From: Eledone cirrhosa
Lineage: Eukaryota
Assembly: GCA_964016885.1 (NCBI GenBank)
Contig: OZ024749.1
Location: 31,124,001 to 31,188,000, forward strand
Reading direction: 5' to 3'
Length of the DNA stretch: 64,000 nucleotides
A program made the position numbers and the translations under genes. This document shows, piece by piece, positions 29,116-42,807 of this stretch (position 1 is its first letter; the number at the start of each line of letters is the position of its first letter). Below the pieces are notes generated by a model. That model was not told the DNA's origin. It did no database searches and was given only the letters and a program-made list of their open reading frames with translations.

Positions 29116-29116
<1 letters not shown>
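25085..29116 (+). mobile_element. Near full-length R4/Dong-clade non-LTR retrotransposon (5' boundary approximate)
   Basis: Structured 5' UTR, single ORF with RT, CCHC and RLE, 3' UTR shared with 1336-1478, ending in (TAA)n. Confidence 0.93.
25325..28975 (+). pseudogene. R4/Dong RT-RLE ORF broken by two frameshifts (near 25780 and 26850)
   Basis: ORF pieces 25325-25783, 25884-26915 and 26840-28975. Motifs WKSPG.D, NYRPITCL, DYKKAFDS, GIFQGDSLSP, YMDD, YKYLG, CxxC..H....C, RHD, RPD..D. Confidence 0.92.
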
Positions 29117-29148
<32 letters not shown>

Positions 29149-29557
29149 TGCTTCTGCTTTAGGCACACGTCCAACTATTTGGGGTGAAAGAAAAGTCGAT
29201 TGAATCGACCCCAGTGTATTACTGGGACTTTATCTTTCAACACGTAAGCATAAAAGGCGAAGCTAGCCACGGTGGCAAATTAGCTTTACATTTATGTAAT
29301 AAGTAGCCAACGAATTGGGGTGAAAACATAAAAGGACTAAGGTTAAAATACTAAGTATATAAGATATAAGGAATGAATGAATGAATCATATCAGGAAGTA
29401 TATATCCTAGGAAGAATTATAAGCAATGTGCAGGGGGCGGGGCGTGAATACTTGAAAAGACAATGACACAAGGTTTGAAAATCCGTCCGGTGAAACGTGC
29501 GTCCACGAATATGGTTTCTTAATTTGTTGTTGGACAAACCAACTCTCTCTCTCTCTG

Positions 29558-29623
<66 letters not shown>

Positions 29624-29960
29624 GAAGTTCTATTTAAATTGTTGGGATACAACAAGCAAATATTTTTATAACTGATATAAAGCACTCGACAAATAATTGG
29701 AGTAAAAATACGATATTAACAAATGGAGACTATATTTATAAAACCATATTCATTGTTGGAAGGTCCCGTTTAGTCACTATCCGGGAGCTTCCAACAGTAA
29801 TGGTCGCATTCTTTAAGGGTATGGCAATATTTATTTCTAAAACTGCTCTATATTATATTTTATCTGATGAAAGCACACCAAAATTTCACTTGGTGTCCTT
29901 GAAATATGTATAATGAAATAAATATGGTTTTATAAATATAGTTTCCATTTGTTAATATCC
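29624..29960. mobile_element. Fold-back PLE pLTR insert, family L copy 1; hammerhead 29857-29919 (+)
   Basis: ATTTTAT-CTGATGA-AAGCACACCA...TGGTGTCCTT-GAAA-TATGTA-TA-ATGAAAT. Short inverted arm plus tail on the left. (TA)n flanks. Confidence 0.8.
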
Positions 29961-29983
29961 TATATATATATATATATATATAT

Positions 29984-30345
29984 AAAGAAAAAGAGATGAA
30001 ATCGAAAATGCAACTGAAGTCTTATTTTTTTAAAAAATATATATATTTATTTGGTTCCTTTACCGGTTTCGCAGTTCTTCTGCTTTGCAAAAGGTGAGTT
30101 GAGATGGAGGGTCTGTGGTTTTTCTCACATCAGATGTGAGAAAAACCACAGACCCTCCATCTCAACTCACCTTTTGAAAAGCAGAAGAACTGCGAAACCG
30201 GTAAAGGAACCAAATAAATATATATATTTTTTTTAAAAATAAGACTTCAGTTGCATTTTCGATTTCATCTCTTTTTCTTTATACTTCCACTAGTGTAGGA
30301 CACCTCGGTTATTTTTCATTTTGTAAAAAAAACCTCACTTTCTAA
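29984..30345. mobile_element. ~300-bp near-perfect palindrome (centre 30132) plus one-sided tail; degenerate hammerheads
   Basis: 29984-30131 mirrors 30133-30280. CCTT-TTGAAAA-GCAG AAGAA CTGC-GAAA-CCGG-TA-AAGG...AATAAA. Confidence 0.8.
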
Positions 30346-30702
30346 TATATATGTATATATATAGATATATATATCTATATACGAGTATAAGTGCCTATAT
30401 AGGTGGGCGGGTGCAATGTATGTGTCTTATAAGTGTGTCTAATTTGGAGAGATCTATTAGAAAATTCAGGAATATATAATTAATAGCCACATCAAGAACA
30501 TTTTGTTATTTTATGAAATATAGTTTTAACTATAACGATCAAAGATGTTAGCTGTTAATAAACATTATTTTAAAAGTGTTAATACTGCATATCAATTCAT
30601 ATAGCCACATTATTAATATATATCTATAACGATGTGTGTGCCTGTGTGTCTGTGTGTCTGTGCCTGGCTGTATATATGTATGCATGTAATCTATATTTAC
30701 AA

Positions 30703-30778
<76 letters not shown>

Positions 30779-30842
30779 GTATATATGTATGTATATATGT
30801 ATATATATATATTATATATATATATGCATATACATGTATATG

Positions 30843-30877
<35 letters not shown>

Positions 30878-30880
30878 GTG

Positions 30881-30951
<71 letters not shown>

Positions 30952-30970
30952 ATATATATACATATACCTG

Positions 30971-31005
<35 letters not shown>

Positions 31006-31937
31006 ATATATATATATTTTGTATATGTATGTTTGTATGTATGTATATTTAAGAGAGTATGTATGTGTGATTGTGTGTGTATTTATCAACAAAAATTAAT
31101 TAAGTACGTAATATAGAGTTGCAACATAGGTGGAAGCACTAAAACTTTGGTGTGGAATAATGTTAAAGATCAAGTGGTTTCCATAGATTATATTGATTAA
31201 CAGGTTTCTATCAATATTTCTGCCATAGAATTAATGAAAAGTGGAGTTCAGTGGAAATGGGAACTTTTAAAATCTGATTTTCTAACTGGGGTTAATGGAC
31301 TTAATATATAGTTATTATAGAATGTACTAAACTGATTAAATCAATCCAGTATTTACCTTGTAATTTGTACTAGACATGAAGAGGAAATGGTCTAGATGTG
31401 TTGTTTCTAGTGTGTGCATTTACTAAACCTACCTATGAAAATCGATGCTGCTTCTTTGATCTGGCTAGTTTCCTTCTATATTCCAACCGGCACATCAGAT
31501 TTTAGCTTGTCTCTCATCTTCTCCTCAGCCATGTTGCGTCCAAATCAACAGATACTTCACGATGACTAAAATGTCAGCTCTCAGATAACATGATAATTAT
31601 AGCATTTTTCCGTTGATGTAGTGTAGCTGTTTCTTTTTTAGGGGTTTAATGAAGGTGATGGTTAATACTTACATCATCTAAAGCTACAGTAAAGGAGATA
31701 TACTCAGAGTAGTGATCTTGGGAAAAAGGGTTCAAGAAAATGGACTCCGTTAAAATAATTCATGTTCATAAGATGAATTTAAACCGTTCAAAGGATTAAG
31801 AGTACGACCATGCCCAGGGACGATCCATTGAGCTTCCTCAATATCATTAGAAATGAATGTGTTGAACCGAAGAGTTCATAACGTGACATAACTTAGAGAT
31901 TCAAAGTCAAATATTTAACCATCACCCTAACCATAAG

Positions 31938-32205
31938 TGGAGGTATGTTGCCTAGTGGTAACTGTGTTGAATTTACGATCATAATGTCATGGGTTCGTTT
32001 CCCTGCTGGGTTGAATTTTGTGTTCTTGGACACAACACATCATTTCACGTTGCTCCAGTATACTCTGCGAAAAATGAGTACCAACAATAGAGTTTAACCC
32101 TGCGATGGACTGGCGTCCTGTCCACGAGGAATCTTGTACTCTCAGTCGCTTCATGCCATGAAATCGGAATAAGCAGACGTCAAATCGCTTAAGGCAGACT
32201 CCAAC
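31938..32205 (+). mobile_element. tRNA-derived SINE with V-domain-like core
   Basis: TTGCCTAGTGG and GGGTTCGTTTCCC boxes, plus CCCTGCGATGGACTGGCGTCCTGTCCA. Confidence 0.65.
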
Positions 32206-32354
32206 AACGTTTGCTCCCTCCACGGTTTATAGATTTGACAATATTTACCAACACAGCAATACCTATAGACATTGACAGTTACTTTCTACAGTGTAGAAAG
32301 TAACACATACACGTGCGCGCGCAAACTAATACACACACGTACACACAAACAAAC

Positions 32355-32463
<109 letters not shown>

Positions 32464-32483
32464 GTATGTGTGTGTGTGTGTGT

Positions 32484-32542
<59 letters not shown>

Positions 32543-32633
32543 CCTTGTGTTTGGTACAGAAAAAAAAATTGTCTCCTGCTTTTTATTGCCGGGTCAAAGG
32601 CCACTGCTCTTTTCAACAACGTCAAATAATAAC

Positions 32634-32741
<108 letters not shown>

Positions 32742-32871
32742 GTATACGTCTATCTATCTATCTATCTATCTATCTCTCCAACAGGGGGCTCAAACATGCG
32801 GCCCGCGAACTACTTTCCTATGGCCCGTGGTAGAACCAATATTTCAGATTCGATTATAACTGGTGTAAATA

Positions 32872-33070
32872 AGGCGGTGAGCTGGTGGAATCGTTAGCAT
32901 ATCTGGCGAAATGCTTAGCTGTGCTTCTCCCGTTTTTACGTTCTGAGTTCAAATTCCGCCAATCTCAACTTTGCCTTTCATCCTTTTGGGGTCGATAAAT
33001 TAAGTACCAGTTGTGAACTTGGATCGATGTAAGCCCTATATTTTATGCCTGATGCCTTTAGTAGAAATGA
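32872..33070 (+). mobile_element. tRNA-derived SINE, older subfamily of the major family
   Basis: GGCGGTGAGCTGG head, GAGTTCAAATTCC and shared core. Confidence 0.8.
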
Positions 33071-33188
33071 TTATAAGTGGTGAACATCGTCAGGCACCAC
33101 CACGTTTGGCCCACTGTTCCTCTCCTCCAAGACGTAATGGCCCTTTTATGTCCTTGAGTTTGAGACCCCTCTTCTACACACAAACACC

Positions 33189-33233
<45 letters not shown>

Positions 33234-33239
33234 TTTACT

Positions 33240-33488
33240 TTTTTTCTGTTTCTGGACTACGCCCATGCTGGAGCATCACCTTGGTAAGTTATGGGGACTT
33301 CAACAAACCAACAAGCATTGGTGGGAGGGAAAACACAAACGCAAAGACACACAGAGACATATATACATGTATACGAAGCGCTTCTTTTAGTTTAGGTCTA
33401 TCAAATCCACTCACAGCGCTTTGGTCCGCCCGGGCAGATGGACTGAACCCGGAAACATGTAGTTGGGAAGCTAGCTTCTTGTCACACT

Positions 33489-33492
<4 letters not shown>
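33240..33492 (-). mobile_element. tRNA-derived SINE, third family (related pieces at about 37430-37710 and 52440-52550)
   Basis: Minus-strand head GTGTGACAAGAAGCTAGCTTCCCAAC...CCGGGTTCAGTCC. GCCCATGCTGG and TCCACT segments are shared with the 37.5-kb copy. Confidence 0.65.
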
Positions 33493-33580
<88 letters not shown>

Positions 33581-33603
33581 GATAGATAGATAGATAGATA
33601 GAT

Positions 33604-33883
33604 AATATTATAATGAAATGACATTATATTTCGAATACCTGATGATATCACCGGATTAATACGGAACCCGGTCATTGAAATGATCATAGTATAATAAACC
33701 TTTCAAGGATTTACACAAGTCCAGCCTCCTGTCATTTCATTATAATATTTAACTCCGTACTAGCACCACCAACTACAAAATCAAAGACGGTTGAACTGCT
33801 TTACGTTGAGTACTCTCCATATTATTAAATTAAGATTGTCCTCTACGGAATTGACCAGCTCTATCCAGTGGTGAACCTCAAAC

Positions 33884-33887
<4 letters not shown>
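33604..33887 (+). mobile_element. PLE pLTR insert with hammerhead 33635-33692, 20-bp inverted arm and tail
   Basis: ATAC-CTGATGA-TATCACCGG...CCGGTCATT-GAAA-TGATCA-TA-GTAT-AATAAA. 33604-33623 is the reverse complement of 33730-33749. Confidence 0.72.
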
Positions 33888-33943
<56 letters not shown>

Positions 33944-34822
33944 TTGTGTGTGTGTGTATGTGTGTGTGTATATGTGTGTGTGTGAGTTATCAAATTAACA
34001 ATGAAAATAAAAAGAACAAAGTCAAGTTACTTTATAACTTTGTTTTATTTTGTTCTTTTTATTTTCATTGTTAATTCAATACCTAATATCTGACTCTGTA
34101 TCTAAAGAATTAATTCAGCGAAACACAGAACTTCTCTATGGATTTCACAAGTTTACATTGAGTTCTATCCAGAGGTAGACCAGACTGAAAAAATAAAAAA
34201 AATATATATATGTGTCTGTGTGTGTATAATATATATATATATATAAATCTACATACATACATATATATATATACATACATTTACCTATGTATATAGCTAT
34301 GCATTTATACATTTGTATATATACATGCATTTATATTTAAGTGCGTAAGGATGTTGACATGATTTATTTTTTGGGGGGTAAGGAGAGAATTTTGACTCCA
34401 GATTTTATTACCTAGGGAGATTAAATACCACAGCTCGGGCTGAAACTTACCAGGTCCTCAACCTCATCAAACACCAACGCCGGCCTGTGTGTGTATATAT
34501 GTATGTTTATGTATGTATGTTATCTCTTTCTCTTAATTTCGAGTATATTTTATTTGACCGGCCACCTTCCTGGTGGCAAGGTTGTAAAAGAAAAGAAATT
34601 GTCATACCTTGAATCGCAAGAATGTTTTGCAAATTTTGAAGGTGCCAGCTATCGCAGCCATGTGTAGACTATGAATTAGGGAGCTGCGCTTTTTGTCCGC
34701 AAATCCAAGTTGAGCCATACTTTTGTTCCAAGCGGGTTGGTATATAACGCGTAGCTCCAATTGTATGTATGTATGTATGTATGTATGTATGTATGTATGT
34801 ATGTATGTATGTATGTATGTAC

Positions 34823-35508
34823 ATGGAAAGCTCTATGTGTGACAGTATAGAAGCTCTTGTGCTTAAGCAGCGACTCCGTTGGAGTGGTCACCTTGCCAGG
34901 ATGAAGGATTCTAGAATACCAAAACAACTCTTCTATGGAGAGTTGGTTAAAGGAAAACGACCGCCACATAAACCAAAAAAGAGGTATAAGGATTCCTTGA
35001 AGGCCTCTCTGAAAGACGCTAACATCTCTGCTGATACATGGGAAAATATTGCTGCTGATCGTAATAAATGGAGAAAGACTGTATATGAGGGAAAAGTTGC
35101 CTTTGAGGCATCTCGAATCGCACACGAGAAAGTAAAGCGGGACGTGAGGAAGGGTATTGCTGTTGCACTTCCAGACGGCGAGGGTCCTCCTATGTTTCTG
35201 ACATGCAGCGTCTGTGCGAGACTCTGCCTAAGCAAAGCTGGACTCGAAAGTCATCTTCGCAGTCATAAAGTAAGACCAGTGGTTGACTACCAGGCTGCTG
35301 TTGGAGATGCTACTCATCATGCTTGCCAAACATGTGGTAGAGAATGTAAATCAGCAGGAGGACTCAAGCGACATGCAAAAGTACACGAACTCCAACCACA
35401 GCCGACTATTCCCAGTAAATGTTTTGGTTGCCGACTCTGTGCAAGACATTTTGGATCATTGGCTGGGCTAAAAAGCCACATTCGATTGCAGCACTGTTAG
35501 TTGCTATC

Positions 35509-35548
<40 letters not shown>

Positions 35549-35627
35549 GCTTATGTGCGTGCGTGTGTGTGTATATATATATGAATATGTATATTATTAT
35601 TGTTGTTGTCGTTATTATTATTATTGC

Positions 35628-35721
<94 letters not shown>

Positions 35722-35762
35722 TGTGCAATGGCCATACTCGATAACGAGGGGGCAGCCATCAT
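34823..35762 (+). mobile_element. RTE-clade LINE 3' fragment ending in three C2H2 zinc fingers (stop 35500), inside (TATG)n
   Basis: RLRWSGHLARMKDSRIPKQLFYGEL..GKR...PKKRYKD...WENIAADRNKWR is the RTE C-terminus. 3' hairpin CTCG ATAA CGAG precedes (TATG)n. Confidence 0.88.
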
Positions 35763-36507
35763 GTATGTATGTATGTATGTATGTATGAACGTATGCATGT
35801 GTGTGTATGACTGTATGTATGTATATGTATAGACCCACACTTTTCATCACTGTTGCTTCTTTTTCTTGTCGTTTCTGTTGTTCTTGTAACTGTTGTAAAA
35901 ATTGACGTTGTCCTTATTTTCATTTTCTTTGATTTCTTTCGTTTTTCTTTTATCTACGTAGGAAATTCGTTGACAAGCTTCTTTTATTTATTTTCTTCGT
36001 TTTCTTCATTTAAATGCATTCACACTGGCTGTCTCAGTGACGTACAAATATGGCTTATAACACTTACCTAAGTAAATAGCCTTCCAGCGCCTCCTAGTGC
36101 CCCCCAAAATCTTCAAACGCCCCACCGTTGAGAAACTTTGTTCTGCATAGTTTCTAAGTTTGACAATATTTAACCATACGGCAGTAGTTAATATGTTTGA
36201 CAATTTTTCACGAAGCTGTTCAAATAATGTCTAATGCTTACATCAATGTATTTAGTCTCCTAATTGGAAACGTAAGATGTCTGCAAGAAATGCTGGCAAG
36301 ATATATTTACTCAACTATTTCCATCTCATTCGTATTTCTTATGTCTTTCTCTTACAACTAATACACGAATGTATACTAACCCAGTTATCAATCACTCGCA
36401 CTCTCTCGCACTAGTGTGGAACTACCTCTTGAAATGGCCATACTCTACAATCCCAAGTGTCGAGTACTCTGTTGAGTAAAGGTTTACTTATTATTATTTA
36501 GTCCTCT

Positions 36508-36568
<61 letters not shown>

Positions 36569-36570
<2 letters not shown>

Positions 36571-36644
36571 AAAGGGGGTGTGGTAAGTTACAAGGTGGAC
36601 CATAACGCACCAGAGTTCAGCCGGCGGGGTCTTGACTCTTTTCC

Positions 36645-36645
<1 letters not shown>
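36569..36645. mobile_element. Minimal two-ended PLE-like insert, family P
   Basis: Inverted tail of the 40294 family joined to its arm end, between (TA)n tracts. Confidence 0.55.
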
Positions 36646-36676
<31 letters not shown>

Positions 36677-38099
36677 CGTGTGTGTGAATATATATATATA
36701 GTTAGTTAGTTCCACAACAGTTAGCGAACCATATATATATGTATGTATATATATATATATATATATCTTCCAGCTATAACGACATATATACGTAGAGATT
36801 TGTATAACATTATTTGGCAATCATAACGTCACCTATATACAACTCTACATGCAAATAGAGAATACATATATAATTCATTCATCCTATAAATAAAGACAAC
36901 TAATATCTATTTTTTTCGGTTATACCTTATATTTAAACTATAGTTGATGCTTTAGATCACAGACCAGCTGGATCAGAGATGACCTGGGGCTAAAGAATAA
37001 CTACAACAACGATAACGACAACGACAAAAACACAAACACCACAACAACAGCAACAACACTAACTTCAGCATTATCTTAATTGCGAATTCAATGACAGTCA
37101 CATATTTCTCTCTGTTTGAGTTTAAAATCTCCTCAGGGGAATTAGACGAGATCATATTAAATCTCATTTGATAGACACATCACAATCTATAAACAAACCA
37201 TGAATAATATATAACCCCTTTAAATTGTTTGTCTAATTTTTTTTTTTTTTGAAAAACTAGATTATTTATATATTTGTCGCGGAGGATAGAAAACCTACAC
37301 AATAACTCAAACAAATATATTTTGATTTAATATAATTTAATTAAACATTATGAGAATCAGACGAGCTATCAAATATCAATTATATTCATAGAAAAAAAAT
37401 CTGTTTCGACTTACTTCTAATTATGAAAAGCTAACGTTCTGCTTCATTTAGCTTTTTTACTGATGTCAGTCATTGCATTGCGGCCATGCTGGGGCATCCT
37501 CATTGAAGTATTAAATTGATCATATTGAACCAAGCACTTATGATTTAAAGTTTGGTATTAATTTTATCGATTAGAGTTATGGGCTTCTGTAGTTTCCGAC
37601 TACCAATTCCACTAAAAATAATGAATCAACCGGAGGTTATAGTAGAAGACGGTTCCCTAAAAGCCATGAATAGGACTTAACCTGTAAAGCACGTAGCCTC
37701 GCCTGCACCTATACACGGGGGTCGGTTGTCAAGTTAATAGGCTGAAAGACTGAGTGTATTTTATTAGAAATATGGTAAGAAACGCTACTTCTCTTCAGTA
37801 CTAAAACAAATTACTTTTTCAGCTCAACTTTTGACGTGGCGTCATCGACGATCCTTTCCAATAGATACCAAATAATTTAGAGTAGGTACGTCAAACCGAG
37901 GGTCACATGGGTCACATATGTGTTGTCTGAGGGCCACTAATTGCGTACATTACAACTAATTTTTTTTTTCATTTTATATCACGAAGATAAATCATGCTTA
38001 CGCTGTAAAAACCGTAGGTGTGCTTGTAATGGCTGCAAGTGGCCCCCGGGACGTATGTTTGACGTGTCTGTTTTAGAGTATACTATTTCCACAGAAAAT

Positions 38100-38520
38100 G
38101 GCGGTGGATTATGTATATTAGATAGGCGATGAACAAAATGCTTTGCAGCATAAAAGTTAAATCTCTTTACGTTCTGGTTTAATTCACACGGAGATTACTT
38201 TTGCCATTCATCCTTACAGGATTTATAAAATAAAGTACCAATGCAGCACTGCGGTCGATTTAATCGATTTTTCCGTCCCTCCAAATTGTTGGTATTGTGA
38301 CTAAAAATGGCAGAGGATTGTGGGAATCGGTAGAACGTCGGACAACATGCTTTACGAGTTATAGCTTCAGCCCTTTCTGAATTCTAATCCCACTGAGTTT
38401 ACCTTTGTTTTTTATCCCTGCGGGATTGATAAAAGATGGTGCCAATAAAACACTGGGGTCAATTTCATCGATTTTCCCTTCAACCAAAATTGTTCCTTTT
38501 GTACCTAAACCAGAAACCAA
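38100..38520 (+). mobile_element. Two tandem diverged SINE copies
   Basis: Heads near 38100 and 38309, with two cores. Confidence 0.72.
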
Positions 38521-38893
38521 TATTATTATATTTCTCCGGAAAAATCTCAAACATTCCTTATTCATATATTGAACATGTAATCAACAAAGACCCATTCCCG
38601 AAGACTTCATTCCAAGAGTCTAGGAATGATGCCATTTACTGAAGTTCCTCTTACGTATAGTTAAACTTATTCAGTTAACTTTGGAGAATTGTCAATCATA
38701 ATAAGTTATTTCGCAGCATGAATAATTTCCTCTAGTCATAACAACACTCATGATATTTTCTTTAATATGAGAAAGATATATATATGTATAAATAATAAAT
38801 AAAAGTGCACGCAACAACATATATGTGTATTTATACATATATGTTTGTTTGTATGTATATATGTAAATACATACATATACATATATATGTATA

Positions 38894-38967
<74 letters not shown>

Positions 38968-39064
38968 TAAAGTGCACGCAACAACATATATGTGTATGTA
39001 TACATATATGTTTGTTTGTATGTATATATGTAAATACATACATACATATACATATATATGTATA

Positions 39065-39128
<64 letters not shown>

Positions 39129-39190
39129 CGACGATGTATAAATAAATAATATTAATACTAATCCCTGGTTTTATTGAATTTTGAATTATG

Positions 39191-39223
<33 letters not shown>

Positions 39224-39239
39224 GGGGGGTGTATGTGTT

Positions 39240-39297
<58 letters not shown>

Positions 39298-39477
39298 TGA
39301 GAGATATAAAAATTATATTGCTAATCAATGTCTCTGGTGATTGACAGTAAGATCAAAAGGGGATATATAGGAAACTAGATTAGTGGAAAAAAAGTCAGAT
39401 AAAAATGCCTTCATCATGGCAGATGGCAACTGAATACACTCACACACACACACGCAAACACACGCACACACGCACAC

Positions 39478-39511
<34 letters not shown>

Positions 39512-39835
39512 GTTTGTGTGTATATTTATATACATTATATTTACATATATAATATTTTATACCATAAAACAAATATATAAATTAATTGTATATTAAATTA
39601 GAAAAGAGCAGATGAAAAATCTATTAACTCTATAAAATTATATTTGTTATAGAGTTACAAGGCAGGGTGCAAATACTGACAAGGTGACACACAATTATTA
39701 GTCGGTTAGAGGCAGCATTTAGATTTGATGATTTTATTCAAGATTTGCCTTTTTTTATCTTTATGGTGTGGCCCGAAAATACGATTTTCTTACAAACTTG
39801 ACCATTTCACCTCGTATTATTTCTTTATTATTTAT

Positions 39836-40016
39836 AGGATTGGAAGTGTTGGTAGAGGATCGGACGCCATGCTTTCCAGCATAGTTACGTCCCTTTGCGC
39901 TCTGAGTTCAAATCCACCAAGGTTAACTTTGCCTGTCATCCGTACGGGGATCGATAAAATAAAGAACCAGTAATGCACTGGAATAAATGCTGGCCTTGTA
40001 CCAAAAGTAGGAACAA
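39836..40016 (+). mobile_element. tRNA-derived SINE, major family
   Basis: Matches the family consensus. Confidence 0.85.
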
Positions 40017-40052
40017 TTATATATATTTATTTTTCGTCATATATATATATAT

Positions 40053-40087
<35 letters not shown>

Positions 40088-40089
<2 letters not shown>

Positions 40090-40230
40090 TAGCACACTGG
40101 AGGGTAATATCCGTAGTTGTAGAGCACTCAGTCCATGGGACGAGTTAGATAGAAGTGGTAACACAACAGTTAGTTCACCATACTGAGAACAATTGTTTCT
40201 CGGTATGATGAACTAACTGTTGTGTTACCA

Positions 40231-40233
<3 letters not shown>
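40088..40233. mobile_element. Fold-back PLE terminus, family O: tail plus ~80-bp palindrome centred on CAATTG
   Basis: Palindrome 40153-40233. Same sequence as the PLE 3' end at 62509-62620. Confidence 0.78.
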
Positions 40234-40293
<60 letters not shown>

Positions 40294-40295
<2 letters not shown>

Positions 40296-40453
40296 GAAAA
40301 AGTTTAACCGCGGCGGCAGAGCTGAAGCCGTCGAAACGGCTTGAGTTCTGCCGTCGGGGTTAAACTTTTTCCTATTACCCACTCTACTACCCAAAGTATT
40401 GAGTACTCTGATGCGTTATGGTCTATCTGGTTCCTTACCACATCTCCTTCGTT
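40294..40453. mobile_element. Fold-back insert, family P: palindrome 40295-40372 plus tail
   Basis: GGAAAAAGTTTAACC...GGTTAAACTTTTTCC, tail with TGAGTACTC, (TA)n flanks. No complete hammerhead core. Confidence 0.65.
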
Positions 40454-40816
40454 ATATATATATATATATATATATGTATAGAGTGAGAGATAGAAAGCAG
40501 GACTACAACTGTTTCATTCGTGAGAAATCATCAGGAAGCTGACTGTCCAGGCAAATATGGTGGTATTTATATATTTTCTGATGGCAGGAGAGGGTGGGGA
40601 TTGGGATGGGTGGAGGTTATTGGGTGATGGATTTAAAGAAAAGGGAATTAAGTCACGCTTTTTAGCATGATGTTAGAACAATTGCATTTACCTCCAAATA
40701 TTGTAAATATATAGTAAGTCTATAAAACATTTGTAAATATATTGTCATTCTATATAATGTTTTTAAATATATAGACATTTTATAAAATGTTTTTAGATAT
40801 ATTGTCAGTCTATATA

Positions 40817-40995
40817 ATTGTTTCTACTTTTGGCACAAGGCCAGCAATTACCCAGTGCATTACTGGTACTTTATTTTATCGACCCCGTAAGGATGAAAGG
40901 CAAAGTTAACCTCGGCGGGATTTGAACTCAGAATGGCAAGGGCCGTAACTCTATGCGTCAAAGCATGGCGTCCGACCCTCTGCCGATACTGCCAA
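40817..40995 (-). mobile_element. tRNA-derived SINE, young copy
   Basis: Consensus-like over its whole length. Confidence 0.9.
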
Positions 40996-41332
40996 AATAT
41001 TTGTAGGAATATGATAGTACCAACCAAACTAATGTTCCAGTGGTTCTTTCATTGTTGATACTATTAGCCAGTTTCAGCTCCAGGAAAATGGAGACATGAT
41101 GGGAACACAGAATTAAATTCCACAAATGAACACTTCTAAGTATTTAATATTTCAGATAATCCACGAACCATGGAACATAAAACAACGAAAGGCCACAGTG
41201 ATCTTGGTGAGATTTAAGAGCAAAGAACAGTGAACCGGAAAGATCACTGAGGCATTTATGCCAACGCTCCCTAACCGATCTAACGACAATTTTCCATTGG
41301 AATCAGTACGAATATCATTATATTTGTACTGA

Positions 41333-41905
41333 CGTTGGATTGGTAGTATCGGTAGAGGGTTGGACGCCATGCTTTCCAGCATAGTTACGTCCCTTTACGA
41401 TCTGAGTTCAAATCCCGCCGAAGTTGACTTTGCCTTTCATCCTTACGGGGGTCGATGAAATAAAGTACCAGTAATGCACTGGCTAATTGCTGGCCTTGTG
41501 CCTAAAGTAGAAACAATTATATTTGTACTGATTCCATGCTTTCGGACGCCATGCTTTCCAGCATAGTTACGTCCCTTTACGGTCTGAGTTAAAATCCCGT
41601 CGTGGTTAACTTTGCCTTTCATCCTTAAGGCGTCGATAAAATAAAGTACCAGTAATGTACTGGGTAATTGCAGGCCTTGTGCCTAAAGTAGAAACAATTA
41701 TATTTGTACTGATTCCACATTCCATTTGAATAGAAAATTTCTAGTATAGGCACAATGCCAGTAATTGGCGGGGGAGGAGTAGTCGATTTGATCGACCTCA
41801 ATACGTCATTGGTACTTTATTTTATCGACCCCGTAAGGATGAAAGACACAGTTAACCTGGAACTCTGTCCGTAAAGGACCGTAACTCTATGCTGCAAAGC
41901 ATGCT
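41333..41905. mobile_element. Three SINEs: two tandem (+) at one target site and one (-)
   Basis: Copies at about 41333-41515, 41543-41696 and 41737-41905. ATTATATTTGTACTGA occurs three times. Confidence 0.88.
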
Positions 41906-42317
41906 GTGATCAGTACAACTATAATGGAAACTGGAAGATATTTAACGGGTGTGTGAAATTACTGGTACAACCAAGATGTGGTAAATAATAACAGATTTAG
42001 TATTAAAGTGAATGAAAACGAAACCCCAAAAAAATAAAAGGACTATAAAACGAATCACACACAGAACGAATACAATGAAAGTACTTAATGGATTATGAAG
42101 CCTATAAACAAAATTAGATAAAATTGCCGAAGATCATTTGGAATTATGAAAATGGTAAACAACGAAAAATGCCAACGGTCAACTCATTTCGTAACAGAAA
42201 AACAAAAATAACTAGTAATCTTCTCTCTGGTATTATCTCTCTATCTCTGGATATATATATGTGTTTGTATGTATGTGTGTGAATTTTATATGTATATACA
42301 GAAATATATTTATGTAA

Positions 42318-42362
<45 letters not shown>

Positions 42363-42503
42363 AGCATTATATGTGCATCTCTCTATATATTTTTACATAT
42401 ATATTATATATATATATAGAGAGAGAGAGAGAAAGAAAGAGAGTGCGAGAGAGACACACATATAATGCTCACATACATAGATATACACACGTACAAACAT
42501 ACA

Positions 42504-42534
<31 letters not shown>

Positions 42535-42744
42535 GTTCATATACATATATATATACATATATATACATATGTATATATATATATGTATATTTTATCTGCA
42601 TAGAAATAAACGTATTCATCAATGTTTAATGTAATACACATTTCTTAAGCCTGATGTTGTGAGAGGGGCGGGTATCAATAACACGATCTTGTGACTCTTC
42701 AATATGGTTTCGAATCCACTAGCTGACACAATCATGTATATATG

Positions 42745-42804
<60 letters not shown>

Positions 42805-42807
<3 letters not shown>

